NCBI GenBank assembly: GCA_009691715.1
Contig: SIAN01000024.1
Span: 27-64,026 of the forward strand
DNA: 64,000 bases
Direction: 5' to 3'
From: Planctomycetota bacterium
Lineage (GTDB): Bacteria > Planctomycetota > B15-G4 > SIAN01
Numbering within the stretch: the first letter of the stretch is position 1; every line of letters begins with the position of its first letter. The position numbers were made by a program, and so were the translations under genes. This document shows positions 26,813 through 35,400 of the stretch, one piece after another. The notes below the pieces were generated by a model. It had not been told where the DNA came from. It saw only the letters and a list, made by a program, of their open reading frames with translations, and did not search any database.

Positions 26813-28558
26813 TCAAGAGGTCGGTGGCTCTCCGGCCCGTTTTCCGAGCGCGCCGGCGGCGATCCGCAGGATCTCGCGGGCGCCGGCGTTTCCGGCCGAG
26901 GCTGCGATCACCCACTCCGCGTCGCCAACCGCCGATTCGATCTGACCGAGCGCAAGCGATGCCCAGGCGCGGCCGACCCGGAATTCGGCTCGCTCCGGCG
27001 CGATCTGGCAGAGGCGGTCGAAGTGCTGATGGGCCAGTTCATGGTGGCCGACCGCGAGCGCCATCTGCGCCAGCGCGTGTCCGATCACGACCTCACCGAC
27101 CTCATGCGCGTCGTGCGCCGTCGAGGCCTCCGCCGCGAATGCCGCCGCTTCCTCGGCACGGCCTTGATCGACCGCAAGCCATGCGCGCTCGAGCAGCAGG
27201 AGCGCGCGACGAGGGGTTTTCGCGAGGATCTCGCGCAGACAGAGGTCCGCCTCCTCGAAGCGCCGCAACAGCCGCAGCGCGCGCGCCCGCGGAAATCCGC
27301 GATCGACGTCGCGACGATCTTCGAGCGCGGGGTCGCCGAGCAGCTGCAGCGCAGCGATCGGATCACCGTCCGCGAGCACCGCCCAGACCCGCGCGATCAG
27401 GGCAGCCCCCACGCTGCCGGCTCGGGCCTTTTGATCTTGCGGCGGCAAGCCGGGCGCGGCGCGTGACGCGGCAAGCTGCTGCGAGAGACCGCGGCGCGCA
27501 TGCTCGCGCAAGCCCCGCACTTCGGCCTCGAGCACCTCGCGGTTGCGCGCGAATTCGTCGAGACGCGGCGCGGCGGCCCGTTCGATCGCGTCAGCGATGG
27601 CGAGCAGCTCGTCGTCCGGCAGCGTGAAGAGCGAGCAATGGGACGGGTCGGTCACGGTGTTGATGAAGACGCGGGCGTCGAAACGCTCGGCGAGCGCGAG
27701 CAGGTCGGGCAGTTCGTGCCAGTTCTGGCGCATCAGGCAGTGCGAGATCCCGAATTCCGTCCCGCGTGCGCGACAGGATGCGTGGAAGCGCTCGGCGTTC
27801 CGCATCACGACGTCGAAGTCGCCGTGGACGCGGATCTGCTCGAAAGTCGCCTTGCTGGCGCCATCGATCGACACGGCGATCGAGACCGGGAGGCGTTCGA
27901 GGATGCGCAGGACGCGGTCGTTCCAGATCGATCCGTTGGTGGTCACGTGGCAAGGGGTCGTGAGGCCGTCCTCGATCATCATCTCCCAGACGCACAGCGA
28001 CTCGGCCGCGAGGAACGGCTCGCCGCCGAAGAACTTGGCGCGGTGCAGGTGCGGCAGGTACTTGCGCAGGTCGGCGAAGAAGCGGTCGTCGTACGCCTTG
28101 CGCAGCGGCGGCAGACCATCGCGGGCGCGGATGGCCGAGCTCAAGTCGCCGTAGCACATCACGCAGGCAAAATTGCAGGTGTTGCTGAGCGCAAACTCGA
28201 GCATCGCCGGCCACTGCGGGACGGCGTCCGCCACCGGAAGGTCGTCGAAGATCCTGGTGTAGACATCGCGCAGGTTGCCGGTCTTGATCTGCCACTCGCA
28301 CTGCGTGCAGCCCGCACCGAAGGCGTAGCGCTCAAGGGCGGCGCGCAACTGGCCGACACGCGCGCCCTGCCAGATCTCGTCGAGCGACTGCTGCGTGCAG
28401 TCACCCAGTGCGAAGCGGTCGTTCTTGCAGCACGCCTGCACGCGCCCGGTCGTGTGGAAGTACAGCGAGACGTGCGGCGCGTAGCAGCCCGACTGAAACG
28501 GCTTCGACTCGATCGGTCGCGCGGCGTCGTAACGCCGACGCTCGTCTTCGGTGAGCAT
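26813..28558 (-). CDS. Radical SAM protein with N-terminal SPASM/twitch domain and C-terminal TPRs
   Basis: CNFACVMC (CxxxCxxC), GGEPF and TTNG; N-terminal CYAP..GRVQACC..LDEIW..CTQC; TPR tail. Confidence 0.88.
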   Translation of the reverse strand: MLTEDERRRYDAARPIESKPFQSGCYAPHVSLYFHTTGRVQACCKNDRFALGDCTQQSLDEIWQGARVGQLRAALERYAFGAGCTQCEWQIKTGNLRDVYTRIFDDLPVADAVPQWPAMLEFALSNTCNFACVMCYGDLSSAIRARDGLPPLRKAYDDRFFADLRKYLPHLHRAKFFGGEPFLAAESLCVWEMMIEDGLTTPCHVTTNGSIWNDRVLRILERLPVSIAVSIDGASKATFEQIRVHGDFDVVMRNAERFHASCRARGTEFGISHCLMRQNWHELPDLLALAERFDARVFINTVTDPSHCSLFTLPDDELLAIADAIERAAAPRLDEFARNREVLEAEVRGLREHARRGLSQQLAASRAAPGLPPQDQKARAGSVGAALIARVWAVLADGDPIAALQLLGDPALEDRRDVDRGFPRARALRLLRRFEEADLCLREILAKTPRRALLLLERAWLAVDQGRAEEAAAFAAEASTAHDAHEVGEVVIGHALAQMALAVGHHELAHQHFDRLCQIAPERAEFRVGRAWASLALGQIESAVGDAEWVIAASAGNAGAREILRIAAGALGKRAGEPPTS

Positions 28559-28751
28559 CCCCCCCCCTGCGACCGCAGCGCTTTCGCGTTCGACCGCCCC
28601 CCCAAAACTCTGCAGAAGCGCAGGTCACCGTACGCCGCTCCAGCGGGCGGTATCGTCCGCGGCTCGGCGCCACGAATCAATCGCCCAGCATCGTGGGAAA
28701 ACGCGGCGTTCTTGACAACCCCTGCACGACCCCCTCGCTTCGGAGCCCGCC

Positions 28752-29621
28752 TTGATCGTCGCTCGCACCACTCGCGCCAGGATCCTCTCGAAGCTGAAGG
28801 CCAAGCAGCGCGCAAAGCGGCCAATCATGATCGCGAGCGCCGGCAGCGGGCTGGTGGCGGCGCTGCTCGAATCGGCGGGCGTCGACTGCGTGAACACCTT
28901 TTCCGGAGCGCGGCTGCGTGCCAACGGCTGGGGCACGATGACCATGCTCTGGCCGATCCTCGACGCCAATGCGCAGACGCTGCGTTACACCCGCGAGGAC
29001 ATCCTGCCGGCGATGAAGGGCGACGCGTTCGTGTGCGCCTGCCTGAACCCCAACGACCCGTTGAAGGACATGCGGATGGTGCTCGAAGAGTGCCGCGCGA
29101 TGGGCGTCGAGTCGGTCTCCAACATCGGTCCCTCGATCAGCTACGTTGACAAGGGCAGCAATATCCGCCGGGTGCTCGAATCGGCCGGGATCACGCTGCA
29201 GGCCGAAGTCGATTTCCTGAAGCTCGCGCGGGAGATGGGCTTCGTGACCATCGGGCTGGCGTTCGACGAGGAGGACAGTTGCAAGCTGGTCGCCGAGGCG
29301 AAGCCCGACATCTTCTGCTTCCACGCTGGCACCACGAAGGGCGGGCGGCGCGGCTTCGACTCGGGCGAAACGATTGCAGAGACCGCCGCGCGCACCGAGT
29401 CGGCCAACCGGAAGCTGCGCAAGCTGAAGCAGGACGTGCTGCTGGTTGCGCACGGCGCAGCGATGGAGACGCCGGAGGACGCGCAGTTTGTGCTCGATCA
29501 CACCAGCTGCGACGGCTTCTGGACTGGCAGCTCGACTGAGCGCCTGCCGATCGAGCGCGCCGTCACGGCGACGGCGAAGGAGTTCCGCGAACTCTCGTTC
29601 AAGGGCCGCAAGGCGCGCTGA
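28752..29621 (+). CDS. TIM-barrel signal-transduction / phosphoenolpyruvate-hydrolase-like protein
   Basis: PIMIASAGSGL..ESAGVD, DANA, EVDFLKLAREMG, HAGTTKGG, HGAAM.TPEDA and GFWTGSSTERLPIE motifs. Confidence 0.85.
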   Translation: MIVARTTRARILSKLKAKQRAKRPIMIASAGSGLVAALLESAGVDCVNTFSGARLRANGWGTMTMLWPILDANAQTLRYTREDILPAMKGDAFVCACLNPNDPLKDMRMVLEECRAMGVESVSNIGPSISYVDKGSNIRRVLESAGITLQAEVDFLKLAREMGFVTIGLAFDEEDSCKLVAEAKPDIFCFHAGTTKGGRRGFDSGETIAETAARTESANRKLRKLKQDVLLVAHGAAMETPEDAQFVLDHTSCDGFWTGSSTERLPIERAVTATAKEFRELSFKGRKAR

Positions 29622-29668
29622 CACCCGCAAGACGACCCTGACGCGAAGCGAGACAACGGAGTCCTGCC

Positions 29669-31168
29669 ATGGCGAAGAAGAAGATCGCGATCCTGGCCAC
29701 GCTCGACACCAAAGGCGCCGAAGCGCATTACCTCAAGGCACAGCTGAAGCACCTCGGCAGCAAGGCGCTGATCGTCGACCTCGGCGTGCTCGGCGAGCCG
29801 CAGTGCAAGTCGGACGTGACGCGCAAGGAGGTGGCGAAGGCCGGCGGGAAGTCGCTCGCGGAGCTGGCGAAGTCGCCGACGCGCGAGGCCGCGGCGCCGG
29901 TGATGGTCGCGGGCGCCACCAAAGTGCTGCTGAAAAAGCTCGCCGCCGGCAAGGTTCACGGCGTGATCGGGTTGGGCGGCCTGCAAGGGACCGCGGCGTG
30001 CAGCAGCGTGATGCGCGCGCTGCCTTACGGCGTGCCGAAGGTGATGGTCTCGACCGTCGCGTCGGGCGACACGTCGCCCTACGTCGGCGTCTCCGACATC
30101 ACGATGATGTTCAGCGTCGGCGACATCCTCGGCCTGAACGCGTTCATGCGGAAGGTGCTGGCCAACGCGGCCGGCGCCGCGCACGGCATGGCGCAGGTGA
30201 AGGTCGCACTCGGCCAGAAGAAGCGCGAGGCGAGCGAGCGGCCGCTGATCGGCATCTCGAACCTCGGCGTGCTGACCCAGGGGACGATGCTGGCCCAGGA
30301 GCTGTTCGCGAAGAAGGGCTACGAGACGATCGTCTTCCACGCGGTCGGCAGCGGCGGGCGCGCGATGGAGCTGATGATGCGACAGGGCATCATCGGCGCG
30401 GTCTTCGACTACGCGATGGGCGAGATCTCCGACGCGCTGTTCCATGGATTGCGGGCGGGCGATGCGGCGCGCCTCACGGTGGCGGGCGAGCTCGGTCTGC
30501 CGCAAGTGCTGGTGCCGGGCGGCTCGGAACACCTCGGGATCCTCGTTTCCGTCCCGAACCAACTGCCCGATCGCTGGAAGGATCACCGCCACGTCTGGCA
30601 CAACCCGGTCGTGCTGGCGCCGCGGCTGAACGCCGACGAGCTGAAAAGCGTCGCAGTCGAGATCGGCAAGCGGCTGCAGGCGACGAAGAGCGACGCCGTG
30701 CTGATGATCCCGAAGCTCGGCACCGGGCGGTATGCGATGCCGGGCGGGCCGCTGAACGATCCGGCCGGCGATGCGATCTACTTCGCGGAACTGAAGGCGC
30801 GGCTGCCGGCGAGCCTCGAAGTGGTGGAGCGCGAACTGCACGCCGAGGATCCGGCATTCGTGGCCGAGGCGGTCGAGCGGTTGATCGCGCTGATCGAGGC
30901 GCGTCAGATCAGGGCGAGCGCCGAGGAAGCGAAGCGCAAGGCGCTGAGTGGCGAGCGCAAGGAGCGGGCAGGCGCGGGGAAGGCAAACGCGGACAAGGCA
31001 AACGCGGACAAGGCAAACGCGGACAAGGCAAACGCGGACAGAGCGAACGCCGACAAGTCGGGCGACTCGAAGAAGCGCGCGAAGCGGGCGAAGGCAGCGG
31101 CGAGGGACGCGGTGACGCGTGGCGGAAGCGGTGGCGGCCCTGACGCCGTGGACGCCGCTGGCGCGTGA
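29669..31168 (+). CDS. Tm-1-like ATP-binding domain protein (UPF0261) with repetitive C-terminal tail
   Basis: ILATLDTKGAEA, GLGGLQGT, MRALPYGVPKVMVST, SVGDILGLN and VFHAVGSGGRAME motifs. Confidence 0.9.
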   Translation: MAKKKIAILATLDTKGAEAHYLKAQLKHLGSKALIVDLGVLGEPQCKSDVTRKEVAKAGGKSLAELAKSPTREAAAPVMVAGATKVLLKKLAAGKVHGVIGLGGLQGTAACSSVMRALPYGVPKVMVSTVASGDTSPYVGVSDITMMFSVGDILGLNAFMRKVLANAAGAAHGMAQVKVALGQKKREASERPLIGISNLGVLTQGTMLAQELFAKKGYETIVFHAVGSGGRAMELMMRQGIIGAVFDYAMGEISDALFHGLRAGDAARLTVAGELGLPQVLVPGGSEHLGILVSVPNQLPDRWKDHRHVWHNPVVLAPRLNADELKSVAVEIGKRLQATKSDAVLMIPKLGTGRYAMPGGPLNDPAGDAIYFAELKARLPASLEVVERELHAEDPAFVAEAVERLIALIEARQIRASAEEAKRKALSGERKERAGAGKANADKANADKANADKANADRANADKSGDSKKRAKRAKAAARDAVTRGGSGGGPDAVDAAGA

Positions 31169-31932
31169 GTCGCGCCGCGTTCGCCGAGCTTCAGAATCGA
31201 CACGGCGAGCGGCTCGATCACGCGTTCGTCCCAGCGCAACCGCCGTCGACAAAGGATGGGACGCGCGGCGCGCTCGCTCTCCTCGCGCACGGAGTCACGT
31301 CGGCGCACGATCGGCCCTACCTGATCGCGCTCGGTGAGGCGCTCGCGGTGCTTGGCGTTGACGTGCTGAGCTTCACGTTCGCCGGGAACGGTGGGTCGGC
31401 GGGACGATTCGACGACAGCACGCCGAGCAAGGAGGTCCTGGAGCTCGCCGCAGTGCTCGATGTCGCGGCCGCCGCCGGCTACGAGCGCATCGGGTACGCA
31501 GGCCACAGCATGGGCGGCGCGGTCGGCTTGCTGCGGGCGGCGGAGGATTCGCGGATCCGCGCGCTGGTCTCGCTCGCGGGCATGTTCCACGTGGCGCGCT
31601 TCTACGCGCGCGTCGCGGCGAAACTGCAGCACGGCGAGTTGCTGCTCGGCAAGGAGGGCTGCCCGTGGAATCGGGCGCTCGACGACGACGCGCGCCGGCT
31701 CGGCTCGCTCGACGACGCCGCTGCACGTGTGCGGTGCCCATGGCTCCTGATCCACGGCACGCTGGACGATCTCGTTCCGCTGCACGACAGCTTCGACGCC
31801 CGTGCCGCCGCGATGGCCGCGGGGCAGCAGCCCGAGATCATCGCGCTCTCCGGCGTCGACCACCGCTTCACCGGCGCGGTCGAGGCGATGGTCGCCCACG
31901 TCGCGCCGTGGCTCGCCGCGCGCCTGCGGTGA
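31165..31932 (+). CDS. Alpha/beta hydrolase
   Basis: AHG, GHSMGG nucleophile elbow, IHGTLDDLVP and DHRF; GTGA overlap with the upstream gene. Confidence 0.88.
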   Translation: MSRAAFAELQNRHGERLDHAFVPAQPPSTKDGTRGALALLAHGVTSAHDRPYLIALGEALAVLGVDVLSFTFAGNGGSAGRFDDSTPSKEVLELAAVLDVAAAAGYERIGYAGHSMGGAVGLLRAAEDSRIRALVSLAGMFHVARFYARVAAKLQHGELLLGKEGCPWNRALDDDARRLGSLDDAAARVRCPWLLIHGTLDDLVPLHDSFDARAAAMAAGQQPEIIALSGVDHRFTGAVEAMVAHVAPWLAARLR

Positions 31933-31980
31933 CAAAACCGACGTTCTGTGTCTGGATCAAGTTGTCGGTTTCGTCACCGC
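31926..31980. repeat. Imperfect palindrome (17-bp arms) between convergent genes; REP-like element or bidirectional terminator
   Basis: GCGGTGACAAAACCGAC (31926-31942) and GTCGGTTTCGTCACCGC (31964-31980) are 16/17 complementary. Confidence 0.8.
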
Positions 31981-32303
31981 CCCGACGGCCGATCCGCCTC
32001 CGCCGCAATCGACCGCGCGCCGAACGAACCGACGCCCAGCAGCGCTCCCATTGCGATGAAGCCGAGGAAATGCGGGTTCATTTCGCACGCAAGGAAGGCG
32101 GCGAGCGCGATCGCGCCGAACGCGACCATCGCGGCGCTTCCGAAGTACCAGCCGACCGCGAGCGACGTGGCCGTGTCGGTGTCGACGCTCGCGCGCGCGA
32201 GCACCTCGCGCTGCGGCGGGAAGCCGAGGAAGGCGTGAGCAGCGGGACTGGCGAGGAAGAGCGCACCGGCGACGATCGTCACGATCGAGCAACTCTTCGT
32301 CAT
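31974..32303 (-). CDS. Small membrane protein (109 aa, about 3 TM)
   Basis: AGGAG RBS; AHAFLGFP, LAVGWYFGSAAMVAFG and NPHFLGFI segments. Confidence 0.7.
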   Translation of the reverse strand: MTKSCSIVTIVAGALFLASPAAHAFLGFPPQREVLARASVDTDTATSLAVGWYFGSAAMVAFGAIALAAFLACEMNPHFLGFIAMGALLGVGSFGARSIAAEADRPSGR

Positions 32304-32340
32304 CGTTGAGGCGACTCCTTCTGCGAGCGGCGCGTCCGTG

Positions 32341-32425
32341 GTGACCGATTCCCCATCAGCCGTCCAGTCATTTAGTCCGCCGTTCTGGTCCTGGAACGAA
32401 ACGGCGGACTCGGGATTCGGGTCAC
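32341..32425. repeat. Nested imperfect palindrome related to the 31926-31980 element
   Basis: Inner arms AGTCCGCCGTT / AACGGCGGACT (32374-32384, 32400-32410); outer GTGACC / GGTCAC. Confidence 0.75.
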
Positions 32426-35400
32426 TGCGGCGGGGGCGACTGCAGCAGGGCCACGAGGTCGAGAATCTCGTCCTTGGTGAAGGTGACCAGCAGGCCGGTG
32501 GGCATCGCAGAAAGGCTGCTCTTCTTCTGTTTGCCGATGTCGGACTTGCGGACCCGCGTCACCTGCTCGGGGTGGCGCAGGTCGCTCGAGACGGTGTAGC
32601 TCTCTGCATCCTCGCGAATGATCCGGCCGAGGACGTCGCGGCCGTCCTTCAGGATCCAGAACTGCTGCTCGTAGCCTTCGAGGATCGCCGCGGACGGTTC
32701 GAGCAACTGCTTCAGCAGCAGGGCGTCGCGGAACTTCGTGGCGACCGTTGACAGGTCGGGCGCGCTCTTCTGGCCGAGGCCGCGGAACCAGTGGCACTGG
32801 ATGCAACCCGCCTCCTCGATCACCGCTCTTCCGCGCGAGGCGTTGCGCCGCTGGTCCCAACCGTCGTCGAACGCGGCGGCGAAGTCCTCCGCCGTCCAGA
32901 GCTTCACGAAGGTGCGCGTGGACGCTGCCGGCAGCGGCTCGCTCACCGCCACCGGAGCGTCGAGCTGCTCTTCCGAGAGCTTCATCACGACTCGCACGAC
33001 GCCGTTCATCACCCGCCAATGGCCAGGGAAGGTGCAGACGAACGGATAGTCGCCGGGCTGCGCGGGCGCCACGAACCGCAGCGTCGTCGACTCGCCCGGC
33101 AGCAGCAGTCGGATCACCTGCAGCACTTCGGGCAGCACCGGCACGAAGCTCTTCTCCTGCGCGCCGGGTTGCTGCGCCATCGCTTCGGCCGCGGTGCCGA
33201 TCAGCTCGAGCGAGCCGGGCGCGCCGACGACGAGGTTGTGCGGCATCAAGTCGTTGTTCTGGAACACGATCGCCACCGGCTGCCCCGCAGCGACCACGAT
33301 CTCCTTCTTGTCGTAGAGCATCTGGTGCGGCACGGTCCGGATCACGTGGGTCGCGCCAGCAAGCTCGCGCAGTTCACGCCGCCGCGCACGAGCGCCATCG
33401 GCCGGCTGCCGCGCCAAGAGCGAGCCAGCGAGATCGAGCGCCGCCGCGACATCGCCGCGCGTCCGCTGCTCGGCCGGCACGCTGCGCGCGAAACGGACCA
33501 GCGCATCGCCGATCGCGCTCGTCCGCGCCGCATCGCTCCACGCGCCGTCCGACAGCGAACGCAGGAGCTCCACCGCCTCGCCCGCGAGCAGCCCCTCGTC
33601 GAGCAACCGCGCCGCGTCCGCGAGCTTCTCCGCCTCGTGTCCCGGCACCTTCGCGATCGCCCGCACCGCCGCCGCGCGCAGCACGTCGGCCATCGCCGCC
33701 TCGAGCCGCTCCTTCGCGATCTCTTGGCGCGCGACGCTCGGCCCCGCCCACTGCAGCCGCAGCCCTTCCGCGCCGCCCGCATCGAAGTAACACAGCTCGA
33801 GCGCGTGCGCGCCGGCCGCGAGATCGACGACACCGCTCTTCTCCACGACGCCGTGATCGCCGTCGTTCTCGATCACCTCATTGCCGTCGATCCAGAGCCG
33901 CGACCCGTCGTCGGTCGCCAGCCAGAACCGCCACTCCCCCGCCACCGGCACATGCAGCGTCGTCCGGAACCGCAGCGCGAACGCGTCGCTCTTGTCGATC
34001 TTCGGCAGCGCCGTCGTGATCGCGTCGTGGACGACACTCGCGGTCGGCACCAGCCGAGCGAACGTCTCGCGCGTCGCATCGCGCAACCGCGTCACGTAGT
34101 AGTCGACCAGCAGCCCCGCCTCGCCGCGCGGGTCACCGCCGCCGCCGCCGTCGCCGCCCGCCGCAAACTGCAGCGGCCGCGCCTTCGTCCACGCCGCCTC
34201 CGCGAACGACTCCGGCAACTGCTCGAGCGCACCAAGCAGACTGATCAGGTTTCTCGGTTCGGTCGCGGCGTCGTGCCAGACCCGCTCGACCGATCCGCTG
34301 CCCTTCATCAGCGCCGCGAAGGCGAACGCCGCGGTTTCCGGCAGCCGGCCACCTTCGGCCAGCACGATGAGCAAGTCGAACTCCCCGCCCAAGCCGCGCA
34401 CGCTCGCCACCAGCTCCGTCCCGAGCGCGTGCTGCACGTGGCGAGCGTGCTCGCCGCCGGCCCGATCGACCCGCTCCATCGCCCGCACCAGCTCGGCGAA
34501 CGGCGTCCGATGGCTCTTCTGCGCCAACTGCTGGAGCGCCGCGCGCCGCGAGTCGGAGTCGGTGCCGTGCCGCGCGACCAGCGCCTCCAGCACTGCCACG
34601 CTGCGCGGGAGCTGCGCCAGCTCGTCGTCGCTTGCGCGATCGACCAGCCAGTTCACCGCCGCTTCGTTGTCGGCGACCGCTAGCTGCCCGGCAGAAAGCG
34701 CCGCGCGCCAATCCGGTTCGAGCGTGCGCATGGTCTCGCCGAATGCGTAGAGGAGGAACTTGTCCTGCGGCAGCCGCAGCACATCGAACGCCGCCTGCGC
34801 CGCAGTGGCACCACCGATCCAGCTCGCCGCGATCAGCGTCTCGAGGCGCACGCGCGGATGGTCGTCACGCGCCAGCACGAGCAGCCGCACCGCGGGATCG
34901 GCCAACTGGTTGCGGCCGTGCCGGATCACCCGCACCGCCGCAGCACGCACGCGCGCATCGCCGCTCTTCAGCAGCGCGTCGAGCAACGGCTCCTCGACGA
35001 CGCCGTGCTCCTGCATCACCCACAGCGCTTCGAGCCGCGCCGCATCGCCCGCCTCGCCCGCCGGCCGCGACCGCGCCCACTTCCGCGCCGCCGCGACGAC
35101 TGCGCTCGATTCGCGCCCCGAAAGCTCGATCCGCGCGCGATAACGCACGCGGTTCTCCGGCTCCTCCAGCAGCGCGATCAGCGCCTCGACCGGCTCGCCC
35201 GCCACCGACTTCGGCGTCAACAGCGGCCGCCCCACCGCGGTCACGCGATACACGCGCCCATGCTCGTGATCGCGGTTCGGATCACGCAGATGGTGCTGCA
35301 TGTGGCCGATGATCGGGTTGCACCAGTCGAGGAAGTAGAGCGAGCCGTCGGGCGCGACTTCGGCGTCGACCGGCCGGAAGCGCGGATCGGTCGAGACGAC

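Noticed and set aside
31926-32425. Integron attC sites or Xer/dif sites
   Set aside because: No RYYYAAC...GTTRRRY ends, no XerC/XerD consensus and no integrase in the window; kept only as an unclassified palindrome pair.
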